A DNA stretch of 64,000 nt from Bacteriovoracaceae bacterium (GTDB lineage Bacteria; Bdellovibrionota; Bacteriovoracia; Bacteriovoracales; Bacteriovoracaceae): contig OZ244226.1 in the NCBI GenBank assembly GCA_965217035.1, positions 2,152,146 through 2,216,145 on the forward strand, in the 5' to 3' direction. The number at the start of each line of letters is the position of its first letter. Position 1 is the first letter of the stretch. The position numbers were made by a program, and so were the translations under genes. Of this stretch, positions 41,278 through 50,467 are shown piece by piece. The notes under the pieces are model-generated. The model was given only the letters and a program-made list of their open reading frames with translations, was not told the origin of the DNA and did no database searches.

Positions 41278-41938
41278 GCGGATTAAGAAGTTTGTAAAGG
41301 AGTTCACTTTTTATGAGCTCCTTTAATGAAGTATCATTGTGTTCCCAGATGTCTTTCAAGTTTAATTCATCAGAAATTTTTGGAAATTTAATATCAATAA
41401 ACCCAGCACTATAAGCTTGCTTCAGATGTTTTGCTAATTCGTGAGAGCGGTTCATTTTATCGATATTAGAAAGATCGTAGAAATTAAGCTTGGAAAGAAA
41501 ACTCGCAACTCTTTTTCCATTCTCGCAGAAATTAATCACAGGTGGACGATAAGCTCCAAAGTGAAGCATTCCAGCAGGAGGATATTTCTTTAAAGTTTTT
41601 AAAAGAAAACGACTTTCTGGCTGTATGTCTAGTTTTTGATCTTTATTCTCTTCACAAGGGTAGTTTTCGAAAAGGTCGAAGCCTTTAGCATTTTGGGTGG
41701 CCATACCTTCATAACCATCAACATTGAGGATCGGAATAACAATCAAAGGAAGATCTGTGATAGTATGGTCAGTTCTCATCCACTGAAAAAGATGCTTGAG
41801 AATGTAAACACCTTCTGACTCTTTTCCTCGAATCCCTGCGATAAGATAAAAAAATTTTTTTGCTTTGACGTCAGTTTGATAAGCACGAATAAGATTGTTT
41901 TGAACCGTTCGTCCTGGTTTGATCTCATCAAAAATCAT
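41240..41938 (-). CDS. M14/MpaA-like carboxypeptidase homolog with degenerate active site
   Basis: AGIRGKESEG, PILNVDG, NAKGFDLFENYP and QPES align to the M14 motifs GxHGxE, PxxNPDG, NxxGVDLNRNFP and EPE. Confidence 0.7.
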   Translation of the reverse strand: MIFDEIKPGRTVQNNLIRAYQTDVKAKKFFYLIAGIRGKESEGVYILKHLFQWMRTDHTITDLPLIVIPILNVDGYEGMATQNAKGFDLFENYPCEENKDQKLDIQPESRFLLKTLKKYPPAGMLHFGAYRPPVINFCENGKRVASFLSKLNFYDLSNIDKMNRSHELAKHLKQAYSAGFIDIKFPKISDELNLKDIWEHNDTSLKELIKSELLYKLLNPPKKSFLRKILQR

Positions 41939-42038
41939 CTAACAGTAACTCCATTTTGATTCTCAGCCGCGTCGATGCTCCCTTGCGGTATTCTTATATA
42001 GTTGCAAAAGCATCTCCTTCCTGAAAAACAAACTTGAG

Positions 42039-42533
42039 TCACTGTTTTTCCTCTCGATAGATAGCTGACTGACCGGGAGTTTCTTCCACTTCAACTTCAA
42101 AGTGTGAGAATTCAAAATTAAATCGTTCCTTAACTTTCGCTTTGATCTCTGAGCAAAGATACATTGCTAATCGTTCTGCACTTGTATTTTCAATTGGCAA
42201 AAGAAGGACGTCTTCCTTTGGAATCATAAACCATTTTTCATCAGGAGGAATAACTTTCCAATGAGTGTCTTCATCAAAAATTTTGAGCTTATCGTTTTTC
42301 TTTGGAAGGAGGAGACGATGATCGAGGGAGTCACATGTCTCACGAACAATTGGTTTGATATCAAGAAAATCAAAAACCATATCTCCTGTGAGCTTTGGGG
42401 CTTCTCCCATAATCTGGACTCGATAATTATGACCATGAAGAGGTTCTCGAGTTCCATCTTCAAAAATTAAAAAGTGAGAACTCGCGAAATTAAAATATTG
42501 TTTATAAACTTTTATTGAGTAATTGACGCTCAA
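42039..42533 (-). CDS. 6-pyruvoyl-tetrahydropterin synthase family protein (PTPS-III-type motif)
   Basis: FASSH, EPLHGHNY, LDH, TSAE and ETP motifs; no Cys before HGH; likely TTG start at 42533. Confidence 0.85.
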   Translation of the reverse strand: MSVNYSIKVYKQYFNFASSHFLIFEDGTREPLHGHNYRVQIMGEAPKLTGDMVFDFLDIKPIVRETCDSLDHRLLLPKKNDKLKIFDEDTHWKVIPPDEKWFMIPKEDVLLLPIENTSAERLAMYLCSEIKAKVKERFNFEFSHFEVEVEETPGQSAIYREEKQ

Positions 42534-42588
42534 GGTTAACCTACCGTATATACTATGCACCCGTATATATATTATAGTTGATAACGTT

Positions 42589-43839
42589 ATGGAAATTAAA
42601 GATATCCTTGGTGATAAGTATTCTCAAAGTACCCTCAAAGAAGTTGAAGCTCAGTTAAAAGTGGTTGAGTTTAAAACAGCTGAAATCACTCCCAAAGACG
42701 AGTTTTTAAAGATGTTAGCGCATTCAATTGAAAGCAATAAGCCACTTCGAGTGAAGTGTGGGATTGACCCAACAGGCAGTGATGTTCACCTCGGTCACAC
42801 CATTCCATATAGGAAGATGCGTCAATTTCAAGACCTTGGGCATATAGGAGTCGTTATTATTGGTGATTATACGGCTCAAATCGGAGACCCGACAGGAAGG
42901 AATGAGGCCCGAAAAAGTCTTACTCCTGATGAAGTGAGCAAAAATGCCGAGAGTTATCTCGAGCAAGTTTATACGGTTCTTAATAAAGAGCGAACAGAAG
43001 TTCGTTACCAGTCAGAATGGTTTCGCGAAGTTAATTTGATAGATGTCATGGGATGGGCCCACCAAACAACAGTAGCTAAACTTTTAAGTCATGAAACTTT
43101 TGGAGACCGTCTTGAGCAAGGTCATTCTCTTGCCCTTCATGAGCTTTTCTATCCTGTTCTTCAGGGAATTGATTCAGTTTATGCCAAAGCTGATGTCGAG
43201 CTTGGTGGAACTGATCAGAAGTTCAATGTTCTTATGGGACGGGATTATCAGAAAAATCAAAACATGCGACCGCAGGTTGCAGTTCTTCTTCCGATTATTA
43301 CAGGGACTTGTGGAACTCAGAAGATGAGTAAGTCTTTTGGAAACTATATTGGTGTTCTAGATGAGCCATTTGATAAGTTTGGAAAAGTTATGAGTATTCC
43401 TGATGCTTTGATGGAGGAGTACGCACTTTACGCTTCAACCTTTGGTCCAGAAGAGTATGGAAAGTTCGTCTCAACTCTTAAAGACGGATCTCTTCATCCA
43501 AATGAAGCAAAGAAACAATTAGCGACTAATATCACTGCACTTTTCCATGGGGAAGAAACTGGAAAACAAATGCGGACTCAATTTGAAGAGGTTTTTAAAA
43601 AGAAAAACCTTCCAGATGAAGTCCCTGAGTTTGCCTTTGAAAGGGATACTGGAGTTATCCAAGTTCTTGTTGCTGCAGGTTTATTAAAGTCTAATGGAGA
43701 AGCTCGAAGAATGATTAAGCAAAATGCCGTTAGCTTTATGGATGGTGATAAAATTCAAGACCAAGACTTTAAACTAACTGAGGGGCATGCTGGTATGGTT
43801 CTTAAGGTTGGAAAGAGAAAGTTCATCAAACTTTTATGA
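42589..43839 (+). CDS. tyrS: tyrosine--tRNA ligase
   Basis: GIDPT..HLGH, GGTDQKFN, KMSKS and a C-terminal S4 domain (LKVGKRKF). Confidence 0.96.
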   Translation: MEIKDILGDKYSQSTLKEVEAQLKVVEFKTAEITPKDEFLKMLAHSIESNKPLRVKCGIDPTGSDVHLGHTIPYRKMRQFQDLGHIGVVIIGDYTAQIGDPTGRNEARKSLTPDEVSKNAESYLEQVYTVLNKERTEVRYQSEWFREVNLIDVMGWAHQTTVAKLLSHETFGDRLEQGHSLALHELFYPVLQGIDSVYAKADVELGGTDQKFNVLMGRDYQKNQNMRPQVAVLLPIITGTCGTQKMSKSFGNYIGVLDEPFDKFGKVMSIPDALMEEYALYASTFGPEEYGKFVSTLKDGSLHPNEAKKQLATNITALFHGEETGKQMRTQFEEVFKKKNLPDEVPEFAFERDTGVIQVLVAAGLLKSNGEARRMIKQNAVSFMDGDKIQDQDFKLTEGHAGMVLKVGKRKFIKLL

Positions 43840-44480
43840 ACCAAAAGAGATCACTTCTTAATTCACTGAAAAGTATTAAAAATCTTTTTAACGATGAAGA
43901 GACAGCGAGAAATGTTGAGGCCCTTATCAAAAAGGTTAATACGCTTGAAGAAAAAGAAGTCATTAGCACGACTCGAAGTTATCCTTTGCCAAAAGAAGTA
44001 GAGGAGAATGAATACGCTGTTTTTAGTGACGGTGCTTGTCGAGGAAATCCTGGTCCCGGCTCTTGGGGAGTTATGGCACAGGACTCAAAGGGAGCAGTTC
44101 TTTTTGAGGCCTCTTCTTTTGATGAAGAAACGACGAATAATCGGATGGAGCTCTTAGGAGCGCAGAAAGGGCTTGAGATTCTAGATGACTATTTGAATGA
44201 AGAATCAGTCGATCCTAAATCAGTGAAAGTTTATCTTTATTCTGATTCTAATTATGTTGTTCAGGGTTTAAACTCTTGGCGCCATAATTGGAAAAAGAAA
44301 GGTTGGAAAAAATCAGACAATAAGCCTGTCGATAATCTGGAGTATTGGAAATCTCTCGATCAAGAAACGGAGAAATTCTTCGCGGTACAAGCAATTTGGG
44401 TTAAAGGTCATGCAAATCATCCTCAGAATGAAAGATGTGATCAGCTTTGCAATGAGATTCTTGATAAGGAAGGCTTTTGA
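43836..44480 (+). CDS. rnhA: ribonuclease HI with N-terminal extension
   Basis: SDGACRGNPGPG, TTNNRMEL, SDSNY and WVKGHA..NERCD motifs. Confidence 0.95.
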   Translation: MNQKRSLLNSLKSIKNLFNDEETARNVEALIKKVNTLEEKEVISTTRSYPLPKEVEENEYAVFSDGACRGNPGPGSWGVMAQDSKGAVLFEASSFDEETTNNRMELLGAQKGLEILDDYLNEESVDPKSVKVYLYSDSNYVVQGLNSWRHNWKKKGWKKSDNKPVDNLEYWKSLDQETEKFFAVQAIWVKGHANHPQNERCDQLCNEILDKEGF

Positions 44481-45301
44481 TGAAGTTTTTAATCCTTTTG
44501 TTGAGTCTCAATACAGCACTTGCTTGCCGGATAAAGCAACCGATTGTCTCTCTCTCTGGGCCAGTCAGTTACTTATTAAAAGACTTAGGTTTAAGTACAG
44601 ATCCTAATCTTAAAGCTGTTTCTTCTTTTCATCACTTTGTAAAAGAGTTTAACGGGCAAAGAATTGCGGGAGGAATTTATCTTTCTCTCAAAAAGATGAA
44701 GGAATTAGGAACTGAGCCTTATATTCTTTTCGCCGATGAGAGTCAGGAACTTCGGACAAGAATCAACTTCTATAAATCTAAAGTTGAAAATCTTGATGAT
44801 ATCAAGTTTATTAATACGAGAAGCAAAGATCCTTTTCAAGTAACAGAGGAGTTGCTTCAGTTAATAAGGCCTTACCTTGCTGAAAATTGTGGTTATAAAA
44901 TTCAGAACTTAAGAAAAGATATGATTCGAATTATAGGGATGGTAAAAAATATCAAATTTCCTAAAGGGAAATCGTGGCTTTTTTATTTGGGCGATAAGAG
45001 TCAAGGGAATCAGAATAGAACTCTTCTCGTGAATGATAGTTTCAATCTCTTTTTTAAAAAAAAATCGAGCTTCCGAACTTATCCTTCGACACTTGCTTAT
45101 GTTAGCCCTTCAGCAAAAGTAATGAGAAAGCTAAGAAAAAATGCGATTCAAATTGGTTTAGTAGAGTCAAATGAAAAAGAATTCAAAGTTAAAAAAGTAA
45201 GAAAAAATACTTTTAATATCTATCAAGAGGGGATTCTCTATCCAGGTCTCTCTCAAGTTTATTTTGTTGAAAATTTTTCGAAATGGATTAATCAGCTTTA
45301 G
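44477..45301 (+). CDS. putative periplasmic binding protein (BtuF/Fe-siderophore class, divergent)
   Basis: Signal peptide, then IVSLSGPVSYLLKDLG, resembling the RIVSLxPxxTExLxxLG motif. Confidence 0.5.
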   Translation: MMKFLILLLSLNTALACRIKQPIVSLSGPVSYLLKDLGLSTDPNLKAVSSFHHFVKEFNGQRIAGGIYLSLKKMKELGTEPYILFADESQELRTRINFYKSKVENLDDIKFINTRSKDPFQVTEELLQLIRPYLAENCGYKIQNLRKDMIRIIGMVKNIKFPKGKSWLFYLGDKSQGNQNRTLLVNDSFNLFFKKKSSFRTYPSTLAYVSPSAKVMRKLRKNAIQIGLVESNEKEFKVKKVRKNTFNIYQEGILYPGLSQVYFVENFSKWINQL

Positions 45302-45575
45302 GTTGTTTTTCAGAATAATAAAGAAAACCCTCAAGAACTTGTCCTTCATCAGGAATCATCCAATGATCTGTATTGGGAGGGATAATCACAATACTACCGG
45401 GGCTAACAGAGATTTCTAGCTCTCCTTTAATGACTTTTCCAGTTCCTTTTATTGTTATGAATACTTCATATTCTTTGTGTTGATGAGGACGTCCACTGCG
45501 ATGGAAGAAGAGTCTTTCAATAAAAGGCTCTTGGCATATAACTTCAATTCTTCCAAAAGATGTTTTTTGTCCCAT
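45288..45575 (-). CDS. cupin domain protein
   Basis: PHQH..YEVF..IKGTG and IPPNTDH motifs. Confidence 0.8.
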   Translation of the reverse strand: MGQKTSFGRIEVICQEPFIERLFFHRSGRPHQHKEYEVFITIKGTGKVIKGELEISVSPGSIVIIPPNTDHWMIPDEGQVLEGFLYYSEKQPKAD

Positions 45576-45586
45576 CGTGACTTAAC

Positions 45587-46102
45587 CTAATAATGAATTT
45601 CAATAGAATGGAGTTGATATGGCCACTTAAGGGGATGGCCGTGAGAAGCCTTATCCTTTTTGGTGAAATTACTCCAAACAAGATAATAAGGCCCAGGGTC
45701 AACTTCTTTTCCCTTCCTTTCAATTTTGGACAGATTAATTCGATATTTTTCAGAATAAGCAATAAGGCCCATTTTTCCTTTAGCTGCTTTCAGCATCTTT
45801 TCAGTGGCAATGACTTGAGTGTAGCCATCGAGAGCTTTGAAACTAATTCGTTTTGATTTTCGCCATTCTTTTCCATAAGTCTGATCAAGGAGTTTGAAAA
45901 AGTCGTAACCTCTATAAACCTTAGTGTCTTTACGGAAAACATTATAAATCTTAACATTTTGAGATTTAAGAGATTTTAGTTTATGAGATTTAACTTTATC
46001 TAAAGGAATATTTCTAAGGTTTTTTCCATCCTTTAAAAACTGAAGCTCAGATCCAAATAAAGTACAGCTTAATGATAATAAAATAATTGTAATTAACCTC
46101 AT
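45587..46102 (-). CDS. exported protein resembling molybdopterin-binding oxidoreductase-like small domains
   Basis: Signal peptide; ALDGY...GPYYLVW...KWPYQL pattern; start at ATG 46102 with SD AGGAG. Confidence 0.55.
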   Translation of the reverse strand: MRLITIILLSLSCTLFGSELQFLKDGKNLRNIPLDKVKSHKLKSLKSQNVKIYNVFRKDTKVYRGYDFFKLLDQTYGKEWRKSKRISFKALDGYTQVIATEKMLKAAKGKMGLIAYSEKYRINLSKIERKGKEVDPGPYYLVWSNFTKKDKASHGHPLKWPYQLHSIEIHY

Positions 46103-46281
46103 AATTTCTCCTTGATTTAGGAGAATTAAACAGCAAATTAAATGCCAGCTTCTCCTCAAGATCAGGTGCCGAAGAAGGTTGGGACGTGTCTAGGGTTTCG
46201 ACACTGTTTAAAAAATTAACAACCTTATTCCTTGTCTAAAGATGGAAAGATTTCTAGGATCTTCTCATCAAAACAGGAGTA

Positions 46282-47595
46282 TTGATCGTGAAAACAGCTC
46301 TTCTTGCTTTTATTTTCTTCATTGGCTTAGCTCTTAATGCGGAAGCTGGTCATAAAGGAATTATTCCACTGAAAACGATTAATCCTAATGATTCTCTCGC
46401 AGATTTAAAGATCTTAGAGAGGGTTCTTAAAGGTGCAAGAGTTGTTGGAGTGGGAGAGTCAGGTCATGGAACAGTTCAAGACTCAACTCGGCATAGACTC
46501 TTAAGAAAGTTAGTTGAAGATATGGGCTTTCGCGTGATCCTTGCAGAACATTCTCTTCCCTCTACTTTAAGTCCTATTTATCAACGCTATATAAAAACTT
46601 GTAAGGGAGATTTAAAAGAATTTAGGGCTAATTTAAGTTCTCCCGTTTTTCGTACAGTCGAGTATAGAAATCTTTTTCAATGGGTGTGTGAATTCAATCT
46701 AAAAAATCCGAAAGATCAGATTGAGTTCTTCGGAGTCGACACCATTGTAGATCCTCACCGTATGGTCAATCGATTGGTTAAACTCTCTAAGGCTTTTCCA
46801 AAAAGCACAAGACTAAAAGGCGTTGTAAAAAATATGAAAAAGGTCTGTTTTGGAGCTAAATATAAAACTCGGAATGATTTTTATGAAAGTGATGAATTCA
46901 GGAAGTTTGTTGAATCTGGAACAATACCTGAAGAGAATTATAAATCTTGCTTAAGAGGAATTAAATTTGTTGAGAAGTATCTTGCTATTAACTCTTATGC
47001 TATTTCTAAAAAGTTCAATCGTTTCCATCATGCTATTTTTAGAATGATGCCAGGGACTCTCAAAGCGAATCAAACAGACTATTTTTTGATGAGAAAAGAC
47101 TTAACCGCTTCTCAGCTTGTCCGTTCAAAACAACAGTTTAAGAATTTTATGCTTTTTTGGTCTGTTTTTGGAAAGTCTAAAAAAGTTATTTTCTTAGCTC
47201 ACAATTACCATGTTGCTAAAAAGCAAAGTATTCTGGCTTATAAAGAATGGCTGAATGTAAAGTCTGCGGGAGAATGGCTTTCAGAAACAATTGGAAATTT
47301 TTATAAAAGTATTGGATTAACTCAGTACTATTATAAACCTTATTATATACCTAACCCTGTGATCTCAGATCAGCCTAATTCTATTGATAATTATCTCAAT
47401 AAGTTTGAGAATGACTTCTTCTTAATTAATCCGAGAGGAAGCCTCTTCAAAAACAAAAAATGGAGTGTTCATGGTCAAGAGTTTAAGATGGTTTTAAAAA
47501 GGCAATTCAATGTTCTTCTCTATCAAAGAAGAGCACCGGAATCTTTTCCTATCGATAATAGAAGATCAGGAAGATTTTTGCCGAGAAGGTTTTAG
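46282..47595 (+). CDS. erythromycin esterase family protein
   Basis: VVGVGESGHG, GFRVILAE, FFGVD and AHNYHV motifs. Confidence 0.85.
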   Translation: MIVKTALLAFIFFIGLALNAEAGHKGIIPLKTINPNDSLADLKILERVLKGARVVGVGESGHGTVQDSTRHRLLRKLVEDMGFRVILAEHSLPSTLSPIYQRYIKTCKGDLKEFRANLSSPVFRTVEYRNLFQWVCEFNLKNPKDQIEFFGVDTIVDPHRMVNRLVKLSKAFPKSTRLKGVVKNMKKVCFGAKYKTRNDFYESDEFRKFVESGTIPEENYKSCLRGIKFVEKYLAINSYAISKKFNRFHHAIFRMMPGTLKANQTDYFLMRKDLTASQLVRSKQQFKNFMLFWSVFGKSKKVIFLAHNYHVAKKQSILAYKEWLNVKSAGEWLSETIGNFYKSIGLTQYYYKPYYIPNPVISDQPNSIDNYLNKFENDFFLINPRGSLFKNKKWSVHGQEFKMVLKRQFNVLLYQRRAPESFPIDNRRSGRFLPRRF

Positions 47596-48801
47596 ATTCC
47601 GACTAATAATAAATCCAAGCCCAAACCAGATAACTCCAGAGGCTAGAGCGACGTAACTATAGGCTACATCTGGAACTTTAAAGGCTGACTTTAGAAAACC
47701 AAAAAGAGTTGAAATTGCCCCCTTGCTGGTGCGGTAACCAAAGACATCGATGATTTGTTTTGTTCGATACCTCACTTCATCACTTAGCGGGACATAGATC
47801 ATTTCTTTTGCTCCCTTATAAAGAGAGTAGTCGATTGATTTAAAAATTAAACTCGCCAACATGATCCTTTCAAGATCATCTGCTTGAAGCACCCATACCC
47901 CTAAGATGCAGTGAAGAAAAGGAATAAGGATGTGAATAAAGGAAAGCGGAACAAAACTTAAGGCTAGCGGTGTTACTACAAATTGGAAAAACATCGCAAT
48001 GCTATCAATATTAGCATAATAGTTTGCGAAATAAGCTGTTTGATCATCGATAACAGAAATGGCGTCACTGACTGCTGATTGAAGTCTTAAAGTTGTAGTT
48101 GTTGCTAAAATTTGAGAGGTAAACACGACAAAGAATAAAGCAAAAAGAGCGGAGTTTTGTTTTAAGGGTCCTAAGCCCATTCGCTCACTTGATTTCTCTC
48201 TTTGAGTAACATTAAGCTTCAACTTTTTAAGACTCGTATGAAAAAAAGCAGAAGCAGGGAGGAGAGCAGCTGCTCCCATCAGAATAATATTTTCGCTTCC
48301 AATATCACTTGCGTAGGCACTTAAAAACTTACCTGCAGAGATCGAGAAGATTGAGACCGTTGCCATCAAAGGGCCAGAAAGCAATCGAGCTGATTTCTCT
48401 GTATTTATAGTATTAAAAAATGACCAGAGCTGCTCAAGAAGAACCAGGATATAAATATCCTTAATAATAAAGAGACTAAAGGAGGCCCAACCAATTTTTT
48501 GCTTTAAAAGAAGAAAGTGAATGATAAAAAGTCCTACAAAACCGAAGTTAGCAATATGAAAGGTATAGCAGGCTCCAAATCGAGTGAGGATTTTATTATA
48601 AAGCCAGAGAAAGCCGATTAAACTAATGGCCATTGATGCCATTGCAATAGGGAGAAGATCTTTAGAATAATAACTCATGAAAAGTGCAGGACTTGCACTT
48701 CGAATCCAAATATAAGAAACCAGAATAGAAGCCCCGGTAAAAACGCATGAGAGAAACGGGAGCCAACGCGATTTGAGTTCAGTCAGAATTGATTTAATAA
48801 T
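47566..48801 (-). CDS. NTT/TLC (ATP:ADP antiporter-like) MFS transporter
   Basis: Multi-TM protein; WSFFN and DYSL.K.AKEMIYVPL..EVRYRTKQIIDVFGYR motifs. The frame is open to 48801, upstream of the first ATG at 48678, so the start is uncertain. Confidence 0.75.
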   Translation of the reverse strand: MIKSILTELKSRWLPFLSCVFTGASILVSYIWIRSASPALFMSYYSKDLLPIAMASMAISLIGFLWLYNKILTRFGACYTFHIANFGFVGLFIIHFLLLKQKIGWASFSLFIIKDIYILVLLEQLWSFFNTINTEKSARLLSGPLMATVSIFSISAGKFLSAYASDIGSENIILMGAAALLPASAFFHTSLKKLKLNVTQREKSSERMGLGPLKQNSALFALFFVVFTSQILATTTTLRLQSAVSDAISVIDDQTAYFANYYANIDSIAMFFQFVVTPLALSFVPLSFIHILIPFLHCILGVWVLQADDLERIMLASLIFKSIDYSLYKGAKEMIYVPLSDEVRYRTKQIIDVFGYRTSKGAISTLFGFLKSAFKVPDVAYSYVALASGVIWFGLGFIISRNLKPSRQKSS

Positions 48802-49847
48802 TAAGCCTTTTTCTTTTTAACCATTCTTTTAATTTTATCAAAACTTTTTGTCGAAATGATTGTATTTTTCTTTCTTGGTTGTTCAGCCGCCATTTGATTC
48901 ATTTGCTTAACTCTTTCTTTGCTCGGTGGGTGAGTACTGAGAGCGTCAGCAAGTGAAGCAAGCATTTCACTTTTTTTTCCTTTACCTTTTTGTTCCATGA
49001 TTAAAAGTTTTTCATAGAATTTCCCAACATGGTCTTTGTGATAGCCAGCTGCAACTGAGGTTCTAAAGCCAACACGGTCGGCTTCCATCTCATCCTCTCT
49101 TGAGTTGGCCATAAAACCATACTTTTGAATGAGAAGCCCTCCTGCTCCTCCGGCCATTGCTCCATATTGAGCAGCTTTTTGAAGGCATTTTTTATATTCA
49201 GGATCTGATTTTTTACAAAGTGCTTTGCCAAGAACAAAGCCCGCAGCTCCTCCTAATAATCCTCCGCCAACGGCATAAAGCCACGATTTCTTTTCAGCTT
49301 TTTTAGCAGCATCAATCCGTTCAGCAGAGTGGCGAGCAACGACATGACCGACTTCGTGGCCAATAACTCCTGCGAGTTCAGCTTCACTATCGGCCATAGC
49401 GAGCAAAGGAGCTGTTACCATAATTTCTCCTGCCGGCAGGGCAAAAGCATTAACATAATTAACATCCACGAGGGTGAAGTTATATTTATAAGGATTCCCA
49501 TGCAGTTTATTCTTAGAAACAATTTTTTGACCAAGATTTTTTATGTATCTCTGCGCTTCAGAATTTCTATAAGCAGGGTAGTCCTTCTTCATTTTAGGAA
49601 GAACCTCTTTTGTCATTTTCCTTTCATCTGCAACTGTCAGGCTTGTGCTTTGGCCGGTGTTATCCCCTTCACGATATCGCGTTTTTGGGGCTGTTGCACA
49701 AGCAGCAAGCAAAAGTGGCATAGCACCAATAAAGGCCCGCCGACCGTGACGAGTGCTTGTGAGTTCTTTAAGTTCTTGATCGAGAAGTAGTAAAGCTTCT
49801 TGTTCTTCTTTGTTCGTTGTTAATTCGAATGGATTGAAATTTGACAT
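48801..49847 (-). CDS. M48 family metalloprotease (BepA/LoiP-like), possible Tat lipoprotein
   Basis: NAFALPAG, GHEVGH, SREDEMEAD and STHP motifs; GRRAF...LLAAC. Confidence 0.9.
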   Translation of the reverse strand: MSNFNPFELTTNKEEQEALLLLDQELKELTSTRHGRRAFIGAMPLLLAACATAPKTRYREGDNTGQSTSLTVADERKMTKEVLPKMKKDYPAYRNSEAQRYIKNLGQKIVSKNKLHGNPYKYNFTLVDVNYVNAFALPAGEIMVTAPLLAMADSEAELAGVIGHEVGHVVARHSAERIDAAKKAEKKSWLYAVGGGLLGGAAGFVLGKALCKKSDPEYKKCLQKAAQYGAMAGGAGGLLIQKYGFMANSREDEMEADRVGFRTSVAAGYHKDHVGKFYEKLLIMEQKGKGKKSEMLASLADALSTHPPSKERVKQMNQMAAEQPRKKNTIISTKSFDKIKRMVKKKKA

Positions 49848-49903
49848 TCTTCCCTCGTTTCATGATGTTAAACAAAACTATTCTATCGGGTGTTTGGAGG
49901 CTT

Positions 49904-50467
49904 GTGAATCTCAACCTTATTCCAAGTGATTTTATTGAACTTCCTCATGGAAGGCTCTCAGGCGAGCTTCTCTTATCAGAAGGAAAAAGCTATGGGCTTG
50001 TGGGGTCTAACGGGATAGGAAAGTCGAGTGTATTGCGTTGGAGCAAACAAAATTTAGATGCGAGTATTGGATACCTTGATCAAGGAAGGCTTCAACCTCT
50101 GGTTAACCTAAAGACGAGAGAAGTTTTTCGACTTTTAGAGTTAGAACTTAGTGCAAATTTTAAAGATTTGATTCAGTTTTTCGATTTTGAATCTTTGTTA
50201 GATCAGAAAGTAAATAATCTTTCGGGTGGTGAGAATCAGCTGTTAAAGATAATTATTACGTTTGGTATCGATCGAGATTGGTATTTCTTGGATGAACCCT
50301 TTTTAAATCTAAGTGAAAAAAATCGAGCGAAGGTTCTTGGGTATATTAAAAATTTAAAGAAAGAAAAGTCATTCTTTATTGTGGAGCATAATCAAGAAGT
50401 TTTAAGATCTCTAGTTGATAAGATCTACGAAATAAGTGGAGAGCAAGGAAGGTATTATGTTCGATGA
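49904..50467 (+). CDS. ABC transporter ATP-binding protein
   Basis: GSNGIGKS, LSGGE, LDEP and VEH motifs; GTG start after GGAGG. Confidence 0.85.
   Translation: MNLNLIPSDFIELPHGRLSGELLLSEGKSYGLVGSNGIGKSSVLRWSKQNLDASIGYLDQGRLQPLVNLKTREVFRLLELELSANFKDLIQFFDFESLLDQKVNNLSGGENQLLKIIITFGIDRDWYFLDEPFLNLSEKNRAKVLGYIKNLKKEKSFFIVEHNQEVLRSLVDKIYEISGEQGRYYVR

Noticed and set aside
41961..41985. TPP-riboswitch-like GGGAGC...GCTGAGA on the minus strand upstream of the M14-like gene
   Set aside because: The second half of the aptamer (ACCC..ACCTGA..AAT..GCG.AGG) is missing and the downstream gene is unrelated to thiamine.
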